A DNA stretch of 64,000 nt from Candidatus Latescibacterota bacterium (GTDB lineage: Bacteria; Latescibacterota; UBA2968). The notes below the pieces were generated by a model. That model was not told where the DNA came from, did no database searches, and saw nothing but the letters and a program-made list of their open reading frames with translations. Shown in pieces: positions 36,980 through 46,267 of the stretch. Every line of letters begins with the position of its first letter. Position 1 is the stretch's first letter. The position numbers and the translations under genes are program-made. Where the stretch lies: positions 6,016,001-6,080,000 of the forward strand of contig OZ241986.1 of assembly GCA_965204375.1 (NCBI GenBank). Reading direction: 5' to 3'.

Positions 36980-38221
36980 TTAGAATTGAAAACCGAGTGC
37001 AAAACTGGCGGTGTTTTCGCCGTTAAAGTTGCCCGTGCCCAACCGACGCATGGCATAGTCGCCTTTCAGGACGACGGCATTGCCCATGGTGTAGTTGATG
37101 CCGAGCGTGTAAACGCGGCGTTGAAAGCGCGGGTTGTCAAAAAAGTTCTGTGGCATTTTTGCCATTGTGTCGTAGCTGTCAAATCGAAAGAATAAGTGGC
37201 ATTGATCCTCCTTGCGCGAAGTGAAAAAGGGCATGATGTCGTAACCGGCTTCGGCGTAAAATGCATACGCTGCACGGGCAACGGGCGTTCTCAAGACGTC
37301 GAGGTTGTTGGACAATGTGCGGTTGCGTTCGCTGACAATGTCCGCATTTTGCAGGTCCCCGTAGAGGTACATGCCCTGTGCGCGGAGGCGATTGTATCGC
37401 AGCACAGCGTGAACGTCAAAAATGGATACGTAGGCGTCCACATCTTTCATGTCGGGTTTGGGGCGGTTGTCGGCGCTGTTGCCGCGATAGCCCGATACGC
37501 CCAGGGTGAGACCATCGACGAGGCGGTAGTCCAACCGACCCACAAGGGCCATGTTGGTTGCGCGGACTTCTTCAAAGCGCGTTTGATGCCCGCCCACAAT
37601 CCAGTTTTGCGAATTGAATCCCGTGGCGTCTAAGCCGTTGACGAGTTGGAGTTGATAGGTCAGGCGATTGGTATGCCCACTGATTTCAATACCGGTCTCG
37701 TGCCATATTGCCGGAATAACCGCGGTTTCCGATTCGGGGCGTCGGGTGCCGAAGAAGTCTGTGGGATGGTATTGCTCTGTGGTGAGACCCACCGCGACGT
37801 AGAAGTGGCCCAGGCGGATGTTGAAGGCGTCGCTAAATTCGCGTTTGATGTAGAGTTCTTCGAGGATGACTTCCCCGCCTTTTTCCACTTCGGTTTCGTA
37901 TTCGCCAAATTCCTCGTATTCGATTTCGAGGGCTCCACCCGTGCCGCCGTGTTCGATTTCCACTTCGGTTTCCAGTTCTACACCGCGCAGCAGACGCAGT
38001 TCCATTTCGAGTGCCAAACGCGCAATGTCTATGGTGGCGCGGCTATCTGGCGGCGAACCCGCTGGACCGCTTTTCTGGTCGGGACCGTAATCGAAGTGGG
38101 AGTAGATGAGTTCACCGTATCCCGTGATTTTAATTTTGGGTGCTGATTTGTGGTCTTCTGCCATGATGCTTATGGGCAGCGCGAGCGTTAGACAGATACG
38201 AAATAAAAAAAGTCGTTTCAT
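36980..38221 (-). CDS. Outer-membrane beta-barrel porin associated with imelysin/DHOR iron uptake
   Basis: Signal peptide; GYGE, acidic loop EIEHGG..EYEEFGEYETEVEKGGEV, IPAIWHETG, terminal FQF. Confidence 0.75.
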   Translation of the reverse strand: MKRLFLFRICLTLALPISIMAEDHKSAPKIKITGYGELIYSHFDYGPDQKSGPAGSPPDSRATIDIARLALEMELRLLRGVELETEVEIEHGGTGGALEIEYEEFGEYETEVEKGGEVILEELYIKREFSDAFNIRLGHFYVAVGLTTEQYHPTDFFGTRRPESETAVIPAIWHETGIEISGHTNRLTYQLQLVNGLDATGFNSQNWIVGGHQTRFEEVRATNMALVGRLDYRLVDGLTLGVSGYRGNSADNRPKPDMKDVDAYVSIFDVHAVLRYNRLRAQGMYLYGDLQNADIVSERNRTLSNNLDVLRTPVARAAYAFYAEAGYDIMPFFTSRKEDQCHLFFRFDSYDTMAKMPQNFFDNPRFQRRVYTLGINYTMGNAVVLKGDYAMRRLGTGNFNGENTASFALGFQF

Positions 38222-38241
38222 AAACCTCCCCTGTGTGACTA

Positions 38242-38270
38242 TTGACGCTGAAAAGGCGTGCTGTTATATT
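38242..38270 (+). promoter_or_regulatory. Sigma70-type promoter pointing away from the porin start codon
   Basis: TTGACG-N17-TATATT with extended -10 TG. Confidence 0.6.
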
Positions 38271-38276
38271 GTGTCT

Positions 38277-38359
38277 TGCAAGCGCAGAGGGTTTGATCCC
38301 TTTGTCGCGTGTGGGTGATCGGTGATGGCCGGGCAAGTCAGAACCGATCGCCCTTTTTT
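38277..38359 (+). ncRNA. Candidate ~80-nt small RNA
   Basis: Follows the 38242 promoter; 5' hairpin GCGCAGAGGG/CCCTTTGTCGC; terminator GGGTGATCGGT/ACCGATCGCCC plus T6; no convincing ORF. Confidence 0.45.
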
Positions 38360-38448
38360 ATGTACGATGTATGCGGCGCTTTCTGGTGCGCCACCAGATG
38401 ATCAGGCCAGCCGACAGATGGCCTTTTTTGTTTGGCAGTCTATAAAAT

Positions 38449-38505
38449 TGTTTTACTAATAAAACACTCGCCCAACAAATAAAACAAGTGTTGGGCTTAT
38501 GTCAA
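38449..38505 (-). promoter_or_regulatory. Putative iron-operon promoter/operator region
   Basis: Minus-strand TTGACA (38505-38500) with a weak -10; palindrome TGTTTTA-CTAA-TAAAACA (38449-38466); AATAAAACA repeated at 38458 and 38478. Confidence 0.4.
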
Positions 38506-38614
38506 TATTTTTTTAATGATTTAGAGGATAAAGCAAAACTTTTTTACTTTGCACTTTGCACTTTGTACATAACCGTCTATTTTACAGCGATGTTTTGCAA
38601 TGAGGAGGTATGAA

Positions 38615-39592
38615 ATGCCTGATAGATTAAAAGTCGCTGTTATTGGTGCGAGTGGTATTGGGCAGCACCACGCGCGATGGCACCATTTGTCGGGGTCTCA
38701 GGTGGTGGCATTTGTGGGTACTTCGGAAGAGTCGTGCGCAAAGACCCGGGCGCAATTGCAGGCGTATTTTGGATTTGATGGGCGCGCATATACAGATGTG
38801 GCGCAGATGCTGGCGGCAGAACAGCCCGATGTGGTCGATGTTTCAAGTCCTTTTAATCTGCACAGAGAGCATGCAATTATGGCTCTGGAAAGTGGGTGCC
38901 ATGTTGTGTGTGAAAAGCCCCTGTGCTGGGATGTGGATAGGAGTCTAGATGAGATTTTGGTAGACGGACAGGCTGTGGTGCAGGCGGCGGAACAGGCGGG
39001 CAGATCGCTGGTGATGTCCGCACAATATCCCGCGGGGATTTCAATTTATCGCGATTTTTACACGCGTGTGCGCGGGACATGGGATGCGATTGAATCGCTT
39101 GAGATGGAGATGGAGGTGAAGGGTCGCGGGGGACCAAAGGCGCGGGAAGATATCTGGATTGATGTGGTTTCCCATCCGTTGAGTTTGGTTTTGGGGTTTT
39201 TGCCAGGGGGAGAAATTGATTGGGCAACGGTCTCGTGTGCAATAGGCGAGCGGGAAAATCGCGCGCGGTTTGAGGTGATTACACCCAATGGACGGTGCGA
39301 TGTGCGGTTTGTTTTGCGCGATATCGATGAAGGGGTTCCCGTGCGGCAATTTGGCGTGAATGGCTTTTTGGTGAACTGGGAGGGGTTTGCCGATGATGAG
39401 GGTATTTATCGCGCGCGGCTGGTCCATGGAGACGAGGCTGTGATTTGCCGCGATTTTATGCATATTTTAATCGATGAATTTGGCAAGCATGTGCGTGGAG
39501 AAGGTGGGCGTGTTGTTGTTTCCGGTGCGGATGCTTTGAAGAATTTGCAGTATCAAGTTGGCCTGTTAAAGCAGGCGGATTGGTCTGTATGA
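38615..39592 (+). CDS. Gfo/Idh/MocA family oxidoreductase
   Basis: VIGASGIG, PDVVDVSSP..H, HVVCEKP; SD GAGGAGG. Confidence 0.85.
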   Translation: MPDRLKVAVIGASGIGQHHARWHHLSGSQVVAFVGTSEESCAKTRAQLQAYFGFDGRAYTDVAQMLAAEQPDVVDVSSPFNLHREHAIMALESGCHVVCEKPLCWDVDRSLDEILVDGQAVVQAAEQAGRSLVMSAQYPAGISIYRDFYTRVRGTWDAIESLEMEMEVKGRGGPKAREDIWIDVVSHPLSLVLGFLPGGEIDWATVSCAIGERENRARFEVITPNGRCDVRFVLRDIDEGVPVRQFGVNGFLVNWEGFADDEGIYRARLVHGDEAVICRDFMHILIDEFGKHVRGEGGRVVVSGADALKNLQYQVGLLKQADWSV

Positions 39593-40338
39593 GTGCGCGA
39601 GCAGACATTGGGGTGGTGATTACTACGCACAATTACGGGCATTATCTCGCCGCGTGTTTGGAATCGGTTTTGTCACAGACGCTTTTGCCCCGTCAGGTGC
39701 TGGTGGTTGACGATGCGAGTGAAGACAATGCGGCAGATGTTGTGGCATCTTTTTCCGATGTGCAGTACTGTCGCGTGGATTTTCGCAATGGCAATCGCGC
39801 CCGGAATTTTGGGTTTTTGAAGGTTTCGACTCCTTATGTCGCGTTTTTTGATGCCGATAATGTGATGATGCCGCGCTTTCTATATGTGCTTTATAGCGCG
39901 TTGCAAGAGGTTCCCCGCGCGGCATTTGCTTATGGCGATCGCATTGTGTTTGCCGATGACGATGTGCAGCAGGGCGAGCGGGAGGTGTCTGGTCCGTTTG
40001 ATGTGCGGCGATTGCGCGTCGGAAATTATATCGATCTCGCTGCGTTGATTCGAGCTGATAGATTTCCCGGATTCGATCCCGCTGTGCGCCGATATCAGGA
40101 TTGGGATTTGTGGCTGAATATCGCGCTCATACAGGGGGGGATTGGGCAGTATGTGCCCGAGGCATTATATTATTATCGGGTGCATCCACATAGTGTAAGC
40201 CAGCGCGAAGATCGGGATCGGGCTATGTGGGGTATTCGAAGAAAATATCATCTCGGATGGGGTGCGCTGCCCCTGCTGCGCCATTCTTTCAGGCTCTATC
40301 AGTTCGCGCGGAAGACGAAGTCGTTGTGGGCGGGATGA
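39589..40338 (+). CDS. Glycosyltransferase family 2
   Basis: VVITTHNY, SVLSQT, VVDDASED, ARNFG, FFDAD (DxD), QDWDLWL. Confidence 0.88.
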   Translation: MSARADIGVVITTHNYGHYLAACLESVLSQTLLPRQVLVVDDASEDNAADVVASFSDVQYCRVDFRNGNRARNFGFLKVSTPYVAFFDADNVMMPRFLYVLYSALQEVPRAAFAYGDRIVFADDDVQQGEREVSGPFDVRRLRVGNYIDLAALIRADRFPGFDPAVRRYQDWDLWLNIALIQGGIGQYVPEALYYYRVHPHSVSQREDRDRAMWGIRRKYHLGWGALPLLRHSFRLYQFARKTKSLWAG

Positions 40339-40349
40339 GTGGTGCTATC

Positions 40350-40378
40350 TTGACATGATGCGGTGTAGGCGTTACTTT
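40350..40378 (+). promoter_or_regulatory. Sigma70-type promoter for sucAB-lpdA
   Basis: TTGACA-N17-TACTTT. Confidence 0.55.
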
Positions 40379-40433
40379 TTCCGGGTGTGTACGATACACC
40401 TCTTGTAAAGGCTACAGAAAGGTGGGGATTGTT

Positions 40434-43235
40434 ATGTCATTCGATATTGCTGCAATTGCCAATGCCGATTATATCGACGCGATGTATGAGAAGTACAAAC
40501 AAGACCCAGATCTGGTGGATGAAAGATGGCATATATTTTTTGCGGGTTTTGATTTGGGGATGCAACGCGATGAGGCTGAAGTGATTCCAGATACGTCAGG
40601 TGAGAGCCAGGCTGAGGAAGATGTGATGGCGTTTCTCGATGCTTATGACACGTTGGAGGAATATACCCGTATGGATGCGAATAGGCAACAGGGGGCTATG
40701 GCTCTGGTCAATGCCTATCGCACATGGGGGCACCTTGTTGCCGATATCGCGCCGATGAGTTATACGCGCCCACCGTATCCGCTATTGGAGTTGTCCGAAT
40801 ACGGCTTTACAGAAGAGGACCTGGATCAAATTGTCGGCAATGGCGGGTTCCTCGGTCCCACGGACGGTACGTTGCGCGACCTCGTTGCAAAGCTCAGGCA
40901 AACATACTGCGGTCCTGTGGCGGTAGAATACACCGATATACCGTATAAGAGCCAGCACGAGTGGCTGGAGCAGCACATGGAGCCAATATTAAATCGACCG
41001 AAACTTAGCGCAGAACAATGCCGAGATCTGCTGAGAAAATTGATCGAGGCACAGGAGTTTGAACAATTTTTGCACGTTAAATATATCGGGAGAAAGCGAT
41101 TTTCTATTGAAGGTGGCGAAGCGCTGATCCCGATGTTGCACGCGCTTATTGAAACTGGGGCTGCGCTAAATGTCGAAGAAATGGTGATGGGGATGGCGCA
41201 TCGAGGCAGGCTCAATGTGCTCACGCATATTATGCAAAAGCCCTATCCGGAGATATTCAGTGAATTTGAAGGTGTTGAGGTGGGGCGCTCCGAGGGGTCG
41301 GGCGATGTAAAATACCACATGGGGTTTGCCCATGAGTATGTCACGCGCGATGGTCACACCGTGCATTTGGGATTGACGCCCAATCCGAGTCACCTCGAGT
41401 TGGTCAATCCCGTGATTGAGGGCATTGTTTGTACGAAGCAAGAGACAAAAGGCGATATTCAGCACGAGCATATCGTACCGTTGATTATCCACGGCGATGC
41501 CGCTTTTGCCGGGCAGGGCATTGTGCCTGAGACGATTTGCTTGTCCCATCTGGATGGCTATGATAATGGGGGTACGATTCACATTGTTGTGAATAATCAG
41601 ATTGGTTTTACAGCACTGCCCCGGGAATCCCGTTTTACAGCGTATCCAACAGATGTGGCGAAGATCGTTAAGATGCCCATTTTTCACGTCAATGCCGATG
41701 ATCCCGAAGCTGTGGTACACGCGGCGCGTATGGCTATGGCTTATCGCCAGGCGGTGAAAAACGATGTGATTATCGATCTGTGGTGTTATCGCCGATACGG
41801 TCATAATGAATCCGACGATCCCGCTTTTACACAGCCCCTGCAATCTGCTGAGATCGCCGAGCATCCAACGGTTGTCGATCTGTATGCGAGGCGTTTGATT
41901 GAGCAAAATATCGCAACAGAAGATGATGTCGATGCGATGAAGCAGGGTGTACGCGAGAAGCTCGAGGCGGCATTCGCTGATGCCAAAGATCAAAAGACAA
42001 AACCGCGTGAGCCAAGATTTGGGGGCGCGTGGAAGGGATTTGGGAAGGCGGGCGCAGATCGCACGGCAAAAACTGCGGTGGATAGAGAGAAGTTGATTGA
42101 TATTGCCCAAAAGGCGACGACGGTGCCCGAGGGATTTAACGCTTATCGCAAATTGATGCGCCAACTCGATTACCGCATGCAAATGGTCCACGGCAAGGTG
42201 GGTATGGACTGGGGCTGTGCGGAGATGCTCGCGTTTGGCAGTGTGTTAGTCGATGGGTTCCCGGTGCGATTGGCCGGACAAGATTCTCAGCGGGGTACAT
42301 TTAGCCATCGACAAGCGGTGTGGCACGATATTGAAAATGGTTCGATTTATTCACCGCTGAATCATCTATCGAATGGTCAGGGGGGGTTCAGGGTCTATAA
42401 TACGATGCTTTCGGAATTGGCGGTGCTGGGCTTTGAGTTTGGCGTGAGTTATGCCAATCCCAATAAGTTGACGATCTGGGAAGCTCAGTTTGGCGATTTT
42501 GCCAATGGCGCGCAGACGATTATCGATCAGTTTATTTCCAGTTCAGAGGCAAAATGGCATAAGATGAGCGGGCTGGTGATGCTGTTGCCGCACGGGTTTG
42601 AAGGCCAGGGTCCAGAACATTCGAGCGCACGGTTAGAGCGGTTTCAGGCGCTGTGTGCCGAAGACAATATGCAGGTGGGCTGCCCCACGCTGCCCGCGCA
42701 GTATTTTCATTTGCTGCGCCGCCAGATGCTGCGCGCATTTCGCAAGCCTCTCGTTTTGATGATGCCAAAGAGTTTGTTGCGGCACAAAGAATCGACCTCC
42801 ACGCTTGAGGATTTGTCCGAGGGCGCGTTTTATCCCGTTTTAGACGATCCCGCACAGCCCGATCCCAGCGGTGTGAAGCGCGTTGTTTTCTGTACGGGTA
42901 AGGTCTTTTTTGACCTCAAAGAGGGGCGGGACAAAAAAGGCGAGGAACGGCTCGCACTGGTGCGGATTGAGGAACACTATCCCTTTCCGTGGGATGAGGT
43001 GGGTGCTATACTCGAAAAATACGGCGATGCGGATATTTTCTGGGGACAAGAGGAGCCGCAAAATATGGGTAGTTGGGATTTTATGGAGCCAAAACTCCGC
43101 AGGTTGCTCGATAACCAAGAGCCAGTGCGCTATCTGGGACGAAAGCCTACGGCTGCAACGGCCACGGGGATTCAGTCGGTGCATCTGGCCGAGCAGCAAG
43201 AGATTGTGGAGATGGCTTTACGAATAGACGAATAG
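40434..43235 (+). CDS. sucA: 2-oxoglutarate dehydrogenase E1
   Basis: KRFSIEGGE, GMAHRGRLNVL, GDVKYHMG, HGDAAFAGQG (TPP motif), WEAQFGDFANGAQ, GPEHSSARLERF. Confidence 0.96.
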   Translation: MSFDIAAIANADYIDAMYEKYKQDPDLVDERWHIFFAGFDLGMQRDEAEVIPDTSGESQAEEDVMAFLDAYDTLEEYTRMDANRQQGAMALVNAYRTWGHLVADIAPMSYTRPPYPLLELSEYGFTEEDLDQIVGNGGFLGPTDGTLRDLVAKLRQTYCGPVAVEYTDIPYKSQHEWLEQHMEPILNRPKLSAEQCRDLLRKLIEAQEFEQFLHVKYIGRKRFSIEGGEALIPMLHALIETGAALNVEEMVMGMAHRGRLNVLTHIMQKPYPEIFSEFEGVEVGRSEGSGDVKYHMGFAHEYVTRDGHTVHLGLTPNPSHLELVNPVIEGIVCTKQETKGDIQHEHIVPLIIHGDAAFAGQGIVPETICLSHLDGYDNGGTIHIVVNNQIGFTALPRESRFTAYPTDVAKIVKMPIFHVNADDPEAVVHAARMAMAYRQAVKNDVIIDLWCYRRYGHNESDDPAFTQPLQSAEIAEHPTVVDLYARRLIEQNIATEDDVDAMKQGVREKLEAAFADAKDQKTKPREPRFGGAWKGFGKAGADRTAKTAVDREKLIDIAQKATTVPEGFNAYRKLMRQLDYRMQMVHGKVGMDWGCAEMLAFGSVLVDGFPVRLAGQDSQRGTFSHRQAVWHDIENGSIYSPLNHLSNGQGGFRVYNTMLSELAVLGFEFGVSYANPNKLTIWEAQFGDFANGAQTIIDQFISSSEAKWHKMSGLVMLLPHGFEGQGPEHSSARLERFQALCAEDNMQVGCPTLPAQYFHLLRRQMLRAFRKPLVLMMPKSLLRHKESTSTLEDLSEGAFYPVLDDPAQPDPSGVKRVVFCTGKVFFDLKEGRDKKGEERLALVRIEEHYPFPWDEVGAILEKYGDADIFWGQEEPQNMGSWDFMEPKLRRLLDNQEPVRYLGRKPTAATATGIQSVHLAEQQEIVEMALRIDE

Positions 43236-43360
43236 ACGAATGGCAATACATACTGATTTCGGGGGGATGGGCGGGGTTCGTTGATGAACTGGCCTGAGAG
43301 GCGGCCAGTTGTACCCCGTTCCGTTGATTCGCTTGTAGTTGCTTTTAAGGAGGCGCGTAC

Positions 43361-44560
43361 ATGCCTGTTGATGTGGTTTTGCCCGAATTGGGAGAGTCAG
43401 TGGCCGATGCCATTTTGGTGGAGTGGTTGAAATCGGATGGTGACGCCGTAGCGGTGGATGAACCCCTTGCGGTTATTGAGACGGATAAAGCCGATGTCGA
43501 ATTGCCCGCGCCTTCGGCGGGTGTGTTGCATACGCTGAAGGCCGATGGCGATACAATTGAGGTCGGCGAGACCATTGCCACAATTGATGAGGATGGCAAA
43601 GCTGTCTCAAAGGCTGAAGTATCGGAGAAGGTCGATACGCCTGTAGAGCTTGTAGAGGCCGATGGTTTGAGTCCGGCAGTGCGCCGGTTGGTGACAGAGC
43701 ACGACCTCGATCCCGCAGCGATTACGGGTACGGGAAAAGATGGGCGATTGACCAAAGGAGATGTGCTGGCGTACCTCGATTCAGAAGTGTCTGAAGTACC
43801 CGATTCGCCCGTTTCTGAACCCGAAGCGCCTGCATCACCTCCTGCTCCTGCTGTTTCGAGCGATGGCGAGCGGCGCGAACCCATGAGCCAAATTCGCACG
43901 CGCATTGCCGAGCGTCTGGTTTCTGCTCAGCAGACAGCGGCGATGTTGACGACGTTTAATGAAGTAGATATGAGCGGTATTTTTGATTTGCGCACGAAAT
44001 ACAAAGAGATGTTTGCAGATGTACACGGTATCTCTCTGGGTCTGATGTCCTTTTTTGTTCGCGCCAGTGTTATTGCTTTGCAGGAATATCCCGATGTAAA
44101 TGCCAGTATCGATGGTTCTGATATTGTTTATCGCGATTATGTCAATATGGGCATTGCTGTGGGTACTGATCGCGGTCTTGTCGTGCCGGTTTTGAAGTCG
44201 GCAGAGCGCATGTCTTTTGCCACTATTGAGTCTGAAATTAAGCGCGTGGCTCTTTCTGCGCGAGAAGGCAAGTTGGGGTTGGATGAGTTGAGCGGGGGCA
44301 CGTTTACAATTACTAATGGCGGGGTGTTTGGGTCGCTGTTGTCAACGCCTATTCTCAACCCGCCTCAGACGGGGATTTTGGGGATGCACGCGATTCAGAA
44401 TCGGCCCATCGCCGTGGGGGATGAGGTGGTTGTTCGCCCGATGATGTATCTGGCATTGACTTATGATCACCGCCTGATTGACGGTCAGACTTCGGTCACG
44501 TTTCTCGTTCGCGTAAAAGACCTGCTCGAAGATCCCGCGCGTATGATGCTGGAAGTGTGA
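43361..44560 (+). CDS. sucB: Dihydrolipoamide succinyltransferase E2
   Basis: Lipoyl motif ETDKA, E3-binding [12 protein letters not shown], catalytic DHRLIDG. Confidence 0.95.
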   Translation: MPVDVVLPELGESVADAILVEWLKSDGDAVAVDEPLAVIETDKADVELPAPSAGVLHTLKADGDTIEVGETIATIDEDGKAVSKAEVSEKVDTPVELVEADGLSPAVRRLVTEHDLDPAAITGTGKDGRLTKGDVLAYLDSEVSEVPDSPVSEPEAPASPPAPAVSSDGERREPMSQIRTRIAERLVSAQQTAAMLTTFNEVDMSGIFDLRTKYKEMFADVHGISLGLMSFFVRASVIALQEYPDVNASIDGSDIVYRDYVNMGIAVGTDRGLVVPVLKSAERMSFATIESEIKRVALSAREGKLGLDELSGGTFTITNGGVFGSLLSTPILNPPQTGILGMHAIQNRPIAVGDEVVVRPMMYLALTYDHRLIDGQTSVTFLVRVKDLLEDPARMMLEV

Positions 44561-44572
44561 AAGGAGCCTCTC

Positions 44573-45958
44573 GTGGCAGATAATACATTCGATCTCATTG
44601 TTATCGGTGCTGGACCGGGGGGGTATGTCGCGGCGATTCGCGCGACGCAATTGGGCATGCGCGTGGCATGCGTTGAGAAACAGGCATTGGGTGGCACCTG
44701 TCTGAATGTGGGCTGTATTCCGAGTAAAGCCCTTTTGGAATCGAGTGAGTTGTTTCACCAGGCGGAGTCTTCGTTGGGTATTCACGGTGTGAAGACCGGT
44801 GGTGTGGAACTGGATTTGAAGGGTATGATGAAGCGCAAGTCCGGTATTGTGCGGAGGATGACGGGCGGTATTCGCGGTCTGTTTCGCAAGAATAATGTGA
44901 CGCATATTGCGGGGCTGGGGCGGTTGGCTGGGGATGGAAAGGTCGATGTTGGGGGAGATGTTTATTCGGCGGAGCGCATTTTGATCGCTACGGGTAGTTC
45001 TGCTATTGAGTTGCCCAATTTGCCTTATGATGGCGAGTATGTGATCAGTTCGACCGAGGCGTTGTCGCTGGACGAAGTGCCCGAGAAAATGATTGTTATT
45101 GGCGCAGGTGCAATCGGTCTCGAGTTGGGGTCGGTGTGGCATCGCCTGGGGGCAGAGGTGCATGTGGTGGAATTTCTCGATGGGGTGACGCCGACGATGG
45201 ACCGCGAATTGTCCCGCGGTTTGCAGAAGGTGCTGGAGAAACAGGGGCTGAGGTTTTCGTTTGAAACGCGTGCGGAGTCGGCTGAGGTTCGCGATGGGAA
45301 GGTGATTGTGACTCTCGCACAGGGCGAGGAGATGACTTCGGAGGTGTGTGACCGATTGTTGGTCGCTGTTGGGCGAAGGCCAAATACCGATGGGCTGGGT
45401 GGCGAAGATGTGGGTTTGGAGATGGATGACCAGGGACGCATTCTGGTCGATGACGTATTTGAGACAAATTTGCCTGGTGTCTATGCGATTGGCGATGTGA
45501 TTCCCGGTCCGATGCTGGCGCACAAGGCAGAGGAAGAGGGTGTGGCTGCGGTGGAATGTATGGCGGGAAGGGCGGGGCATGTGAATTATGGCGCGATTCC
45601 CAATGTGGTGTACACGCATCCAGAACTGGCATCGGTGGGGCTGACAGAGGAGCAGGTTGCGGCGGATGGCATTCCCTACAAGGTGGGTAAGTTTCCAATA
45701 GCTGCCAATGGTCGCGCACATACGCTACAGGCGGTGGACGGACAGGTGAAGATTATTGCCCACGAAGAGACAGATCGCGTGTTGGGTATTCACATTTTGG
45801 CCGCACGCGCGTCCGATATGCTCGCCGAAGGGGTTCTGGCAATGGAATTTTCCGCGAGTGCAGAGGATATTGCGCGAACAATGCACGCACATCCCACGCT
45901 GCCAGAGGCGCTAAAGGAGGCCGCGTTGAATGTGGAGAATGAGGCGATTCATATTTGA
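44573..45958 (+). CDS. lpdA: Dihydrolipoamide dehydrogenase E3
   Basis: GAGPGGY, GGTCLNVGCIPSK, GAGAIGLE, HAHPTLPE. Confidence 0.96.
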   Translation: MADNTFDLIVIGAGPGGYVAAIRATQLGMRVACVEKQALGGTCLNVGCIPSKALLESSELFHQAESSLGIHGVKTGGVELDLKGMMKRKSGIVRRMTGGIRGLFRKNNVTHIAGLGRLAGDGKVDVGGDVYSAERILIATGSSAIELPNLPYDGEYVISSTEALSLDEVPEKMIVIGAGAIGLELGSVWHRLGAEVHVVEFLDGVTPTMDRELSRGLQKVLEKQGLRFSFETRAESAEVRDGKVIVTLAQGEEMTSEVCDRLLVAVGRRPNTDGLGGEDVGLEMDDQGRILVDDVFETNLPGVYAIGDVIPGPMLAHKAEEEGVAAVECMAGRAGHVNYGAIPNVVYTHPELASVGLTEEQVAADGIPYKVGKFPIAANGRAHTLQAVDGQVKIIAHEETDRVLGIHILAARASDMLAEGVLAMEFSASAEDIARTMHAHPTLPEALKEAALNVENEAIHI

Positions 45959-45964
45959 GAAAAC

Positions 45965-46254
45965 TTGACATTGCCTGTTTATATATGTAGCTTTAAAAAA
46001 CATCACCTTTAAGGTTTAATCTAATGACATCTTCTTTCACGCATACATCTATCGCTCACCAGACTATGATCGTTTTGCTGGTGAGAAAGGCCGCGTCCTG
46101 AAGACGGGTTTTAGGGGATAGGTGTGTCCAAGCGCGAAAGAAGAGACCTTGCCTGATTTGTTCATAAAACAAATAAAATGAACGATTTAGGCTTGATTGT
46201 AGTTTATTTTTTAAGGCTGTGGCACACATTGTGACCACGGCCTTTTCTTTTTTT
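45965..46254 (+). promoter_or_regulatory. Promoter plus attenuator leader of the ABC-F gene
   Basis: TTGACA-N17-TAGCTT (45965-45993); uORF 46024-46101; long hairpin; terminator AAGGCTGTGG/CCACGGCCTT plus T-run (46213-46254) just before the start codon. Confidence 0.7.
46024..46101 (+). CDS. Putative leader peptide MTSSFTHTSIAHQTMIVLLVRKAAS
   Basis: Open frame overlapping the leader hairpin; alternative in-frame ATG at 46066 (MIVLL...). Confidence 0.45.
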   Translation: MTSSFTHTSIAHQTMIVLLVRKAAS

Positions 46255-46267
46255 GAAAGTGCGACCA

